From: an uncultured Candidatus Rokubacteria bacterium
GTDB taxonomy: Bacteria > Methylomirabilota > Methylomirabilia > Rokubacteriales > DASRDR01
Assembly (NCBI GenBank): GCA_963805625.1
Contig: CAWDVE010000016.1
Location: 535,195-599,194 of the forward strand
Direction of reading: 5' to 3'
DNA length: 64,000 bases
The notes under the pieces are model-generated. The model saw nothing but the letters and a program-made list of their open reading frames with translations, did no database searches and was not told where the DNA came from. Positions 19,460-28,728 of the stretch are shown one piece after another (the stretch's first letter is position 1; every line of letters starts with the position of its first letter). Both the position numbers and the translations under genes were made by a program.

Positions 19460-21604
19460 ATGCGGACGCTGAGCGACCTCCTGATCGAGATCCCCCGCTA
19501 TCAGTCGGGCGGGGACGTCGAGGTTGTCCGCCGGGCCTACGAATTCACCCAGGAGGTCCACCGGGGCCAGCTCAGGGTGTCCGGCGAGCCCTACGACATC
19601 CACCCCCTGGCCGTCGCCGGCCTCCTCGTCGAGTTCAAGATGGACGCCACGACCGTGGCGGCCGGGCTCCTCCACGACGTCCTCGAGGACACGGCGACCA
19701 GCAAGGCCGTCCTCGTCGAGCGGTTCGGGGGCGACATCGCCGAGCTGGTCGACGGGGTCACCAAGATCGGGAAGCTCGCGTTCGGGAGCCGCGAGGAGCG
19801 GCAGGCGGAGAACTTCCGCAAGATGCTGGTCGCCATGGCCCGGGACATCCGGGTCCTGATGATCAAGCTGGCCGACCGCCTCCACAACATGCGCACCCTG
19901 CATTACCTGCCCCCGGAGAAGCAGCGCGCGATCGGCCGGGAGACCCTGGACATCTACGCGCCGCTCGCTCACCGCCTGGGTATGGCGAAGGTCAAGGGCG
20001 AGCTGGAGGACTTGGCGCTCAAGGCCCTCCATCCGGAGGCGTACGACGACCTCCAGCGTCGGGTGGCCAAGCGGCGCCTCGAGCGCGAGGCGGAGATCAA
20101 CCAGGTCATCACGATCATCACGACGAAGCTGTCGGAGGTCGGGATCTCGGGGCAGATCACCGGGCGGCCGAAGCACTTCTACTCGATCTACAAGAAGATG
20201 CAGGCGGGGCGGGAGTTCGACGAGATCTACGACCTCACCGCCGTCCGCATCCTCACCCCGACCGTGCGCGAGTGCTACGGCGCGCTGGGCATGGTCCATT
20301 CACTCTGGAAGCCCGTGCCCGGCCGCTTCAAGGACTTCATCGCGATCCCGAAGTCGAACATGTACCAGTCCCTCCACACGACGGTCATCGGGCCGAAGGG
20401 CGATCCGGTGGAGATCCAGATCCGGACGCCCGACATGCATCGGATCGCCGAGGAGGGGATCGCCGCGCACTGGCTCTACAAGGAGAAAAAGGACCGTACG
20501 GGCCTCGACCAGGCATTCGTCTGGCTGCGGCAGCTGCTCGAGTGGCAGAAGGAGATGAAGGACCCCCGGGAGTTCATGGAAACCGTCAAGGTCGATCTGT
20601 TCCCGGACGAGGTCTACGTGTTCACGCCGAAGGGCGACGTGAAGGCGCTGCCCGAGGGCTCGACGCCGATCGACTTCGCGTACGCGGTCCATACGGAGGT
20701 CGGCAACCACTGCGCCGGCGCCCGCGTCAACGGGAAGCTCGTGCCTCTTCGTCAGGTGCTCCGCCAGGGTGACATCGTCGAGGTCGTCACGTCGCCCACC
20801 CAGAAGCCGTCGCGCGACTGGCTCAAGACCATCAAATCGACGCGCGCCCGGTCCAGGGTCAAGCAGTGGCTTCGGACCGAGGAGCGGGCCCGTTCGCTCG
20901 CCGTCGGTCGCGAGCTCCTCGACCGCGAGGCACGGAAGTACCGCCTCTCGCTCACCACGATCCTCGAGTCGGAGGAGCTCCGAAAGCTCGCCGTCGAGCA
21001 CGGGTATCCCACGGTCGACGACCTGCTTGCCGGGCTCGGCTTCGGCAGGCTCGCGGCCTCGACCGTGGTCACGCGGTTCCTCCCGCCCGAGGCGCCGGAC
21101 GAGTCCCGGACGGAGGCGAAGCCCGCGAAGCCCGCCCGCCCGCGGACGGAGGCCGGCGGTGTCACGGTCAAGGGCGTGGACGACGTGCTCGTGCGGTTCG
21201 CGAAATGCTGCGGCCCCGTGCCGGGCGACCCGATCGTGGGCTTCATCACCCGAGGACGCGGGATCACCGTGCATGCGCAGGATTGTCCGAACCTCGCGGG
21301 AGGCGCCATCGACAGCGAGCGGAGGGTGACCGTGGAATGGGCGGTCGCCGACCAGCAGGCACTGCCCGTGAAGATCGCCGTGCACATTGGGCGGGACCGG
21401 CCCGGGCTGCTCGCGGACATCTCGACGGCCATCTCCTCGCGCCAGGCCAACATCGTGAAGGCCGAGGTGACGGTCACCGAGGACCGCAAGGGGCTGAACC
21501 ACTTCACCGTGGAGGTCAAGGACCTCGACCAGCTCCAGGGCGTCATGGCGGCGATCTCGGCCATCAAGGACGTCATCGACGTCGAGCGGGTCCGCGGGCT
21601 CTAG
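19460..21604 (+). CDS. relA: Bifunctional (p)ppGpp synthetase/hydrolase (Rel)
   Basis: Intact HD motif (LLHDVLED), IKLADRLHNMRTL, RFKD synthetase motif, TGS (FTPKG...PIDFAY) and ACT domains. Confidence 0.93.
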   Translation: MRTLSDLLIEIPRYQSGGDVEVVRRAYEFTQEVHRGQLRVSGEPYDIHPLAVAGLLVEFKMDATTVAAGLLHDVLEDTATSKAVLVERFGGDIAELVDGVTKIGKLAFGSREERQAENFRKMLVAMARDIRVLMIKLADRLHNMRTLHYLPPEKQRAIGRETLDIYAPLAHRLGMAKVKGELEDLALKALHPEAYDDLQRRVAKRRLEREAEINQVITIITTKLSEVGISGQITGRPKHFYSIYKKMQAGREFDEIYDLTAVRILTPTVRECYGALGMVHSLWKPVPGRFKDFIAIPKSNMYQSLHTTVIGPKGDPVEIQIRTPDMHRIAEEGIAAHWLYKEKKDRTGLDQAFVWLRQLLEWQKEMKDPREFMETVKVDLFPDEVYVFTPKGDVKALPEGSTPIDFAYAVHTEVGNHCAGARVNGKLVPLRQVLRQGDIVEVVTSPTQKPSRDWLKTIKSTRARSRVKQWLRTEERARSLAVGRELLDREARKYRLSLTTILESEELRKLAVEHGYPTVDDLLAGLGFGRLAASTVVTRFLPPEAPDESRTEAKPAKPARPRTEAGGVTVKGVDDVLVRFAKCCGPVPGDPIVGFITRGRGITVHAQDCPNLAGGAIDSERRVTVEWAVADQQALPVKIAVHIGRDRPGLLADISTAISSRQANIVKAEVTVTEDRKGLNHFTVEVKDLDQLQGVMAAISAIKDVIDVERVRGL

Positions 21605-21633
21605 GGCGCGCCGGCCGCCCGGCCGCCCCTATC

Positions 21634-22017
21634 ATGGTCGAGATCGGCCGTAAGGAGTTCGAGCAGCTCGTGGCGCGTGCCTTGCGGCGGCTGCCGCGGC
21701 GCTTCCGCGACCGTCTCGAGAACATCGCCGTCGTCATCGAGGACTGGGCCGACGACGACACCCTCGACGAGATGGACATCGAGCCGCCCGACACGCTCTA
21801 CGGCCTCTATCGCGGGACCGACCTTACGCGCCGGGACACGAACTACGGGAACGTCCTGCCGGACGTGATCACGATCTACCAGGGGCCGATCCAGGAGGAC
21901 TGTGAGACGGTGGAGGAGATGGAGGAGCTGGTCCGGGACACGGTCGTCCACGAGGTCGGGCACTACTTCGGCCTGGACGACGACCGGCTGTCGGAGCTGG
22001 AGGACGGCTCGGGCTAG
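21634..22017 (+). CDS. Zincin-like metallopeptidase family protein
   Basis: LYGLYRG...PDVITIYQGPI...TVVHEVGHYFG (HExxH). Confidence 0.85.
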   Translation: MVEIGRKEFEQLVARALRRLPRRFRDRLENIAVVIEDWADDDTLDEMDIEPPDTLYGLYRGTDLTRRDTNYGNVLPDVITIYQGPIQEDCETVEEMEELVRDTVVHEVGHYFGLDDDRLSELEDGSG

Positions 22018-22200
22018 TGGCGGCCTCCGAGCGGTCGAGGATGACGTGCAACGCCTGATTGCGATGGATTCGTGCCACGCGGCCATGGACGTTCGGGACG
22101 TGGCCGAACGGCTGGGCCGGCGCTCCGCTCGACCGGCGCCCGAGGGCTCACCCGGACCGGCGCCCGGCTGGGCGCCACCTGTCACCGGCGGGCGGGCAGG

Positions 22201-24060
22201 GTGACCCGGTATCCCATCGCCGTCCGCCAGCGAGCCCTGCTCATGTTCGTGGCGGCGAACTTCCTCGCCGCCGGTCTGCACGCCCAGCGCTTCCTCTTCG
22301 CGGAAGACGGGCTGCCGTCCAGCCTGGGGCTCGCGTTCACCGCGCTGGCGTTGCTGGCCCAGGTGGGCCTGGCAACGCTGGCCCTCCATGCCGTGCTCGG
22401 CGCGGTCGCGCTCGTCGACTCCTGGGCGCTCGCCACCCGCTGCGTGGCGGCGCTCGCCTTCACGCTGCTCCAGACCTTCATCTACGTGGACGCGCGGATC
22501 TACGGCTTCTTCAGGTTCCACTTCAACGCCCTCGCGCTGAACGTCCTCCTGACGCCGGGCGGCTTCGAGTCGATGGAGCTTCCGAGCCGGGACATCGCGA
22601 TGGCGTGCGTCGGCATCGTGATCCTGCTCGGCCTCGAGCTCCTCGGCTACACGGCCCTGCTCAGGTGGGCCGGATCGGCCACATGGCCGGTCCGGCGTCG
22701 CTGGCTCGCGCTCGTGGTCACGGTCCTGGGGCTCTTCGCGGCCGAGCGGCTGACCTACGCCGCTGGTGACCTCCTCGATATCTCCGGGGTTGTTCGCCAG
22801 ACGCGCCTGATCCCGCTCTATGAGCCTCTCCGGCTCCGAGAAGTTCGGCAGCGGCTACGGATCCGGGGCGATGCCGGAGCTCTAACCTATGATCCGAGCG
22901 GGAGCGCTTTGAACTACCCGCGGGTGCCCGTCGTCGGGACGGTCAGGGCGGACCGCCGATGGAACGTCGTGTGGATCCTGGTCGAATCCTGGCGCGCCGA
23001 CACGTTCACCGCCGACAATACGCCGAATATCTGGCGGTTCTCCCGCCAGGCGCAGGTGTTTCGTCAGCACCTGAGCGGCGGCAATTCGACACGCTTCGGG
23101 ATCTTCTCCATGATCTACGGCCTGCATGGCACGTATTGGTGGCCGTTCCTCGCCGAGGGCCGGGAGCCCGTTCTCATCGCGAAGCTCGCCGAGGCGGGTT
23201 ACCGCTTCAGGATCTCGTCGAGCACCTCCCTCGGGTACCCCGAGCTCCGCCGCACTGCGTTCGTCTCCGTGCGGCCCTTCCTCGTCGACCGCCTCCCAGG
23301 CGGGACCACGGCCGAACGGGACGTCCAGCAGGCGCGTGCGTTCGAGGCGTTCCTGGAGGAAACACCTCGAGAGGAGGCGTTCTTTGGCTTCCTCTTCTTC
23401 GGCGCGCCCCATTTCCCGTTCCTGTTCCCGCCGGAGCACGCGAAGTTCCTGCCGGTCCTGACGAAGCCCACGATCGCGCAGGCCCAGACGCCAGAGGGGG
23501 CACGCCGGATGTTCAACGGCTACCGGAACTCGATCCACCACGTCGACTCGGTGGTCGGGCCGGTCCTGGCGACCCTGGAGCGGCGCGGCTTGCTCGACCG
23601 AACGATCGTCGTCATCACGGGGGACCACGGCCAGGAGTTCTACGAGCACGGGTTCTTCGGGCACGGCAGCGCGTTCACCCCAGAGCAGACCCGCGTCCCG
23701 CTCATCATGCGCGTGCCTGGGCTGCCCTTCGGCGAGCACGATCACCTGACGCAGCACCAGGACCTGCCGGCCACGGTGCTAGCGCTCCTCGGAATCGACG
23801 ACCCACCGGAGGGCTACAGCCTCGGCCGGAGCATGCTGGAAGGGAACGGGCGGTCGTATGCGGTCGTGTGCGGCTTCCGGGAGTGCGCGCTCCAGGACTC
23901 GGAGGGCTGGGTGGTCTTCGGGGTGGAGGGCAAGACCTCGCTTTCGCTCGAGGCGCGCGACCGCGACTACGCCGAGATCGACGATTCAGGCCCCGCCGTG
24001 AGCCGGCGCCTCGGCCAGCTGACCGCGATCATGCGGGAGATGCGGCTCTTCGCGCGGTAG
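22201..24060 (+). CDS. Membrane-anchored sulfatase-like protein, YejM/PbgA-like
   Basis: N-terminal TM helices followed by ILVESWRAD, HLSGGNSTRFGIFSMIYG and ITGDHGQEF. Confidence 0.75.
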   Translation: MTRYPIAVRQRALLMFVAANFLAAGLHAQRFLFAEDGLPSSLGLAFTALALLAQVGLATLALHAVLGAVALVDSWALATRCVAALAFTLLQTFIYVDARIYGFFRFHFNALALNVLLTPGGFESMELPSRDIAMACVGIVILLGLELLGYTALLRWAGSATWPVRRRWLALVVTVLGLFAAERLTYAAGDLLDISGVVRQTRLIPLYEPLRLREVRQRLRIRGDAGALTYDPSGSALNYPRVPVVGTVRADRRWNVVWILVESWRADTFTADNTPNIWRFSRQAQVFRQHLSGGNSTRFGIFSMIYGLHGTYWWPFLAEGREPVLIAKLAEAGYRFRISSSTSLGYPELRRTAFVSVRPFLVDRLPGGTTAERDVQQARAFEAFLEETPREEAFFGFLFFGAPHFPFLFPPEHAKFLPVLTKPTIAQAQTPEGARRMFNGYRNSIHHVDSVVGPVLATLERRGLLDRTIVVITGDHGQEFYEHGFFGHGSAFTPEQTRVPLIMRVPGLPFGEHDHLTQHQDLPATVLALLGIDDPPEGYSLGRSMLEGNGRSYAVVCGFRECALQDSEGWVVFGVEGKTSLSLEARDRDYAEIDDSGPAVSRRLGQLTAIMREMRLFAR

Positions 24061-24185
24061 GCCCGTAGGGAGGCGTCCCCGCCTCTGCGCCCGGTCGCCC
24101 GGCCGAGCTCGACTCCTGACGGTCCGCAGTGGTCGCTGGCCGGTCGCTGGACCGTCTGAACCACCTGCCGTGCCCTGTCAACTGA

Positions 24186-24274
24186 ATGACATCTTTGTCA
24201 TGTTTCTTCTTGACAGGCCCTTTCACTCAGAGCTACGCTTTCAGCGCACGCTGAAAATGCTCGGACAAGTGAAA
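24186..24274 (+). promoter_or_regulatory. Sigma70 promoter overlapped by palindromic operators
   Basis: TTGACA 24210-24215, 18-nt spacer, TACGCT 24234-24239. Palindrome ATGACA-N4-TGTCAT at 24186-24201. Dyad TTTCAC...TTTCAGCG-CA-CGCTGAAA...GTGAAA at 24221-24274. Confidence 0.7.
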
Positions 24275-24276
24275 GT

Positions 24277-25329
24277 ATGGTTCGGATCGTCGAATTCAAG
24301 AAGGAAGCCGCGGAGCGGCTCCGCGGGTTATTTCCGCAAGTCGCGGAATGGCAGGAGTCTTTAGATGCAACCGTCGGAGACCAGACGGTGGATGTACTCG
24401 TCCGGTTCAAGATGGGGCAGGCGCAGGAGACCAAGACTCTGATCTGTGAGATCCGCTCCCGGGGCGAGCCCCGGTATCTTCGAGAGGCCATCACCCGACT
24501 TCGCGAGCTCCGGCCGCATCTGCCGGGGGCTTATCCGATCGTTGCTGCTCCCTACGTAACCCCACAGTCGGCAGCGCTCGTCAGGAGAAATAACTGTGGT
24601 TACTTAGATCTTGCTGGCAACTGCTATATCGCCTTTGACAACGTCCTGATCCAGAAGGAGGGGCGGCCCAACACCGGGCTAGTTCGCCGCCCGCTCAAGA
24701 CCCTCTTCGCTCCCCGCGCGACGCGGGTTGTGCGGGCCCTTCTGGTGGAGCGGGACCGGGCCTGGCGCCTGGACGAGCTGGGGCGCGCCGTCGGCGTGAG
24801 CCTCGGCCATGCCCACAACGTGATCAAGCGACTCGAGGAGCTCGACTGGGTCGAGCGGGGTCGGGACGGGCTCTACCGGCTGCCTCGTCCGGGCGAGCTG
24901 CTCGACGCCTGGCGCGACGCGTACAGCTACCGCGTCAATGGGCTCAGCGCCTTCGTCTCGCCCGCTGGAGACAAGCGCCGGGTCATGGAAGCCCTCACCC
25001 GGCACGCGACCGAGCTTGGCATGAGCTACGCGTTCACCCTCCACGCGGGGACGTCCCTGATCGGGCCGCACACGCGGGTCTCGGCCGTGCACTGCTACGT
25101 GAGCGGCGACATCGAGGCGCTGGCCCGGATCCTGGGGCTCCAGCCGGTGGAGGGCGAAGGATCCGTCTATCTCATGACCCCGTACGACCCGGGCGTCTTC
25201 TACGCGCCCGTGATCAAGGGGGGATTCCGGGTGGTCAGTCTCCCGCAGCTCTACGTGGACCTCCATAGCCACGAGCGGCGCGGGCGCGAGCAGGCGGAGA
25301 AGCTCCGTCGTGACGCGATGGGGTTCTAA
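24277..25329 (+). CDS. AbiEi-family (type IV TA antitoxin-like) wHTH protein, with no cognate toxin adjacent
   Basis: YLDLAGNCYI, central HTH (LDELGRAVGVSLGHAHNVIKRLEELDWV), PGELLDAW and C-terminal VVSLPQLYVDL...RGREQAE match the AbiEi_2-like family as I recall it. Confidence 0.65.
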   Translation: MVRIVEFKKEAAERLRGLFPQVAEWQESLDATVGDQTVDVLVRFKMGQAQETKTLICEIRSRGEPRYLREAITRLRELRPHLPGAYPIVAAPYVTPQSAALVRRNNCGYLDLAGNCYIAFDNVLIQKEGRPNTGLVRRPLKTLFAPRATRVVRALLVERDRAWRLDELGRAVGVSLGHAHNVIKRLEELDWVERGRDGLYRLPRPGELLDAWRDAYSYRVNGLSAFVSPAGDKRRVMEALTRHATELGMSYAFTLHAGTSLIGPHTRVSAVHCYVSGDIEALARILGLQPVEGEGSVYLMTPYDPGVFYAPVIKGGFRVVSLPQLYVDLHSHERRGREQAEKLRRDAMGF

Positions 25330-25362
25330 CCGCGCTCACGGCGACGGAAGGAGGTGAACACG

Positions 25363-25398
25363 ATGGCGAAGAAGAAGGCGGCGAAGAAGAAGAAGTAG
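25363..25398 (+). CDS. 11-aa lysine-rich micropeptide MAKKKAAKKKK, copy 1
   Basis: AAGGAGGTGA Shine-Dalgarno just upstream of ATG GCG AAG AAG AAG GCG GCG AAG AAG AAG AAG TAG. Confidence 0.65.
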   Translation: MAKKKAAKKKK

Positions 25399-25472
25399 TG
25401 TCGGAGGTGTCGCTCGAAGGGGGTGCAGCCCCTTCGCGGGACCGAAACCAAAATGAAGGGAGGTGATCATCA

Positions 25473-25508
25473 ATGGCGAAGAAGAAGGCCGCGAAGAAGA
25501 AGAAGTAG
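25473..25508 (+). CDS. 11-aa lysine-rich micropeptide MAKKKAAKKKK, copy 2
   Basis: GGGAGGTGA Shine-Dalgarno; same peptide as copy 1 with one synonymous change (GCG to GCC), starting 110 nt downstream of copy 1. Confidence 0.65.
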   Translation: MAKKKAAKKKK

Positions 25509-25567
25509 TGTGTGTGATCGGGTCAGGGGACGATGCCAGCCCTGATCCAGTGTGACTTGTCAGCGCA

Positions 25568-25600
25568 GGCCGCCGGGGGCGACTGGCACCCCCGGCGGCC
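25568..25600. terminator. GC-rich hairpin between convergent transcripts (micropeptides and rpmB)
   Basis: GGCCGCCGGGGG / CCCCCGGCGGCC 12-bp stem, with no clear U-tract. Confidence 0.45.
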
Positions 25601-25605
25601 GGTCC

Positions 25606-25797
25606 TCAGACGGCCTTGATGACCTTGCCCCCTCGCAGGCAGCGCGTGCAGACGCGGACCCGCTTGGCTCGGCCCCTCACGACCGCCCGCATCGATACCA
25701 GGTTCGGCAACCACCGGCGCGCGGAGACGTTGTGCGCGTGGCTGATCTGGTTGCCCACGACCGGACCCTTCCCACAGACATCACAGCGCTGGGCCAT
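25606..25797 (-). CDS. rpmB: 50S ribosomal protein L28
   Basis: MAQRCDVCGKGPVVGNQISHAHNVSARRWLPNL...VCTRCLR. Confidence 0.95.
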   Translation of the reverse strand: MAQRCDVCGKGPVVGNQISHAHNVSARRWLPNLVSMRAVVRGRAKRVRVCTRCLRGGKVIKAV

Positions 25798-25943
25798 GCT
25801 TCTGGACTCCTCGGGAGAGATGGGGCCCCGGCGGCTCCCCGGTCCCGGAACGGGCCGGCTTGCCGCCGAGCAACGCACTTCTATACCATGGGGCTCGAGG
25901 TGAGACAAGCCTGGCACCTCGAGCCCGCGCGGTCGTCCCTTCC

Positions 25944-28037
25944 GTGAACCCGGCCGCCAAGGCGCCCGCCGGCCTCGACACCCTCCTCCAGTACCTCAAG
26001 GGTGTGGGGCCCCAGCGCGCCCGCCTGCTCGAGCGGCTGGGGCTCGTGACGGTCCGGGATGCGTTGAACCACTTTCCCCGGGACTACCAGGACCGCCGGG
26101 AGTTCGTGCCCTTCCACAAGCTCCCCCTCGGGGGGATGGGCGTGGTCCAGGGGACCGTCTTCGGCGTAGCCCCGCCCCGCCGCGGCTCCCGGGCGCCGGT
26201 CCAGGTGACCTTCCGCGACCAGACGGGCTACTTCACCGCGCTCTGGTTCGGGCGGGGCTTCCTCGCGCAGGTCTTCAAGCGGGACCAGCGGGTCGTCCTC
26301 TACGGCAAGAAGGCCCTCACTAAGGACCGCCGCGTCGTTCTGGAGGGCCCCGATTTCGAGATCGTGGAAGAGGACGACCTGGCGTCGATCCACATGGGCC
26401 GGGTGGTTCCGGTCTATCCGCTCACGGAGGGGTTGTTCCAGCGCCCGTTGCGGTCGCTCCTCCACCGCCTGGTCGAGGCTCATGCCGGGGAAGCCCCCGA
26501 CATCCTGCCGGACGAGCTCTGCCGCCGGCGGAATCTCCTGCCGGCGGCCGCGGCGTACCGGAGCGTGCACTTTCCCGAGCAACTGGACGACGTGGAGGCG
26601 GCCCGACGGCGCTTCGCCTTCGAGGACTTCTTCGTGCTGCAGGTTGGCCTGACCCTCCGGCGCCGGCGGCAGGCCCGCGAGCCCGGACGTTCGCTCGCGC
26701 CTCCGGGTGCGCTGGTGGCGCAGCTTCTTCGCCAGCTGCCGTTCGCCCTCACGTCTGCCCAGGAGCGCGTCTGGTCCGAGATCCGGTCGGACCTCGCGCG
26801 CCCGGTGCCCATGAACCGGCTCCTGCAAGGGGACGTGGGATCCGGCAAGACGATCGTCGCGGTGATGGCGCTCCTCACGGCCGTGGAGGCGGGATGCCAG
26901 GCAGTGCTCATGGCCCCGACCGAGATTCTCGCCGAGCAGCACGTCCGGACGCTGCGGAGCCTCGTCGAGCCGCTCGGGCTCTCGGTCGCGTGGCTCTCCG
27001 CCGGCCAGCGCGCCCGGGAGCGCCAGGCCGCACTGGAAGCCCTCCGGAGCGGCGCTGCCGCCATCGGCGTGGGGACGCACGCGCTGATCCAGGACGCGGT
27101 CGAGCTCCAGCGCCTCGGTTTGGCTGTCGTGGACGAGCAGCACCGCTTTGGCGTCATCCAGCGCGCGTCGCTTCGCGGGAAAGGGGAGCACCCGCACGTG
27201 CTCGTCATGACGGCGACGCCGATCCCGCGAACGCTCGCGCTGACGCTCTACGGCGACCTCGACGTCTCCGTCCTCGACCAGCTGCCGCCCGGGCGGACAC
27301 CCATCCGGACCGAGTCGCGCTACGAATCGGCCCGGGAGAAGATCTACGACTTCATCCGAAGCGAGCTCCGGGCCGGGCGTCAGGCGTACGTGGTTTGCCC
27401 GCTCATCGAGGAGACGGAGGCGAGGGACCTCAAGGCGGCGACGGAGATGGCCGAGCGCCTCCAGGCGGGTCCCTTCCGGGACTTCCGGGTCGGCCTGATC
27501 CACGGCCGGCTCGCGTTCGACGCGAAGGACGCGGTGATGCGTGCGTTCAAGGCGGGGGAGATCGATGTCCTGGTCGCCACGACGGTGATCGAGGTCGGGA
27601 TCGATGTGCCCAACGCCTCGGTGATGCTCGTCGAGCACGCCGAGCGGTTCGGCCTGGCGCAGCTCCACCAGCTCCGCGGCCGCGTGGGTCGCGGGGCGGC
27701 CAAGTCCTATTGCATCCTACTGGCGAGCGAGCCCATGTCCGAGGACGCCCGGCAGCGACTGGACGCCATGGTCAAGACCCAGGATGGGTTCCGCCTCGCG
27801 GAGGTCGATCTCGAGATCCGTGGGCCGGGGGAGTTCTTCGGAACGCGCCAGTCGGGTCTCCCTGAGTTCCGGACCGCCGGCCTCGTTACCCACGCCCGGC
27901 TCCTCGAGGAGGCGCGGCAGGATGCCGCCCAGCTGGTGGGGCGTGATCCCGGGCTCCGCCTCCCGGAGCACCGGGCCCTGCATGAGGCGCTCGTCGCCCG
28001 CTGGCGGGAGCGTCTCGAGCTGGCGTCGATCGGGTAG
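25944..28037 (+). CDS. recG: ATP-dependent DNA helicase RecG
   Basis: LKGVGP, LLQGDVGSGKT, VVDEQHRFG, TATPIPRTL and QLHQLRGRVGRG. Confidence 0.95.
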   Translation: MNPAAKAPAGLDTLLQYLKGVGPQRARLLERLGLVTVRDALNHFPRDYQDRREFVPFHKLPLGGMGVVQGTVFGVAPPRRGSRAPVQVTFRDQTGYFTALWFGRGFLAQVFKRDQRVVLYGKKALTKDRRVVLEGPDFEIVEEDDLASIHMGRVVPVYPLTEGLFQRPLRSLLHRLVEAHAGEAPDILPDELCRRRNLLPAAAAYRSVHFPEQLDDVEAARRRFAFEDFFVLQVGLTLRRRRQAREPGRSLAPPGALVAQLLRQLPFALTSAQERVWSEIRSDLARPVPMNRLLQGDVGSGKTIVAVMALLTAVEAGCQAVLMAPTEILAEQHVRTLRSLVEPLGLSVAWLSAGQRARERQAALEALRSGAAAIGVGTHALIQDAVELQRLGLAVVDEQHRFGVIQRASLRGKGEHPHVLVMTATPIPRTLALTLYGDLDVSVLDQLPPGRTPIRTESRYESAREKIYDFIRSELRAGRQAYVVCPLIEETEARDLKAATEMAERLQAGPFRDFRVGLIHGRLAFDAKDAVMRAFKAGEIDVLVATTVIEVGIDVPNASVMLVEHAERFGLAQLHQLRGRVGRGAAKSYCILLASEPMSEDARQRLDAMVKTQDGFRLAEVDLEIRGPGEFFGTRQSGLPEFRTAGLVTHARLLEEARQDAAQLVGRDPGLRLPEHRALHEALVARWRERLELASIG

Positions 28038-28045
28038 GGAGCGTC

Positions 28046-28627
28046 ATGCGTGTCATCGGCGGCCACGACCGAGGGCGGCGTCTCCGGGCGCCGCGGGGTC
28101 TCCGGACACGCCCGACGGCCGACCGGGTGCGCGAGACCCTGTTCGACATCCTCGGGCCGGCCGTGGCGGGCGCCCGGGTCCTCGACCTCTTCGCCGGTAC
28201 CGGGGCGGTGGGCATCGAAGCGCTGTCCCGCGGCGCGGCGCGCGTCGTCCTGGTGGAGCGCGACCAGTCGGCGCTGCGCGCGCTGCGCGCCAACCTGGCG
28301 GCCCTTGGTGCATCGCGCGCCGCCGCGCGCGTGATGGCTGGCGACGTCCTCCACGTGCTCCCGGAGCTCGGCGCGCAGGAAGGGCCGTTCGACTTCGTGT
28401 TCGTGGATCCGCCGTACGCGACGGCGCTGGCTGGGCGCACGCTGGAGGCGCTGGCGCCGGCGCGGATCTGCCGTGACGGGACGGAGGTGGTGGTGCAGCA
28501 CTCCACGCGGACCGTGCTGCCGGTCGTGCCGGGTCTTGCCGCGCATCGCCGACCGCGTCAGTTCGGCGACACCGCCTTGACTTTCCTTCGAGCCGGGGAG
28601 TACACTCCCGACGGCTCGAGGCCCTGA
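28046..28627 (+). CDS. rsmD: 16S rRNA m2G966 methyltransferase RsmD
   Basis: RPTADRVRETLF, LDLFAGTGAVGIEALSRGA and DPPY. Confidence 0.92.
   Translation: MRVIGGHDRGRRLRAPRGLRTRPTADRVRETLFDILGPAVAGARVLDLFAGTGAVGIEALSRGAARVVLVERDQSALRALRANLAALGASRAAARVMAGDVLHVLPELGAQEGPFDFVFVDPPYATALAGRTLEALAPARICRDGTEVVVQHSTRTVLPVVPGLAAHRRPRQFGDTALTFLRAGEYTPDGSRP
28577..28606 (+). promoter_or_regulatory. Internal sigma70-like promoter upstream of coaD
   Basis: TTGACT, 18-nt spacer, TACACT within the 3' end of rsmD. Confidence 0.45.
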
Positions 28628-28728
28628 GTGCGTCAGTTCGTCGCCGCCGTGCGGCTCCGATCGCTCCTTCTCGACGTGAGCCGCCGCGGCCGTCAGTTCA
28701 CCTAGCGCCGAGACAGCAGGAGCGATTC

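Noticed and set aside
14094-21576. Very long minus-strand ORFs (14094-16502, 16499-18931, 20300-21502)
   Set aside because: Shadows of queA/tgt/secDF/rel.
25363-25508. The 36-bp repeats as a CRISPR mini-array
   Set aside because: Only two copies, low-complexity codon structure, preceded by SD sites, and no cas genes in the window.
28628-28705. 25-codon ORF between rsmD and coaD as a leader peptide
   Set aside because: No SD site, informative codon bias or attenuator structure seen.
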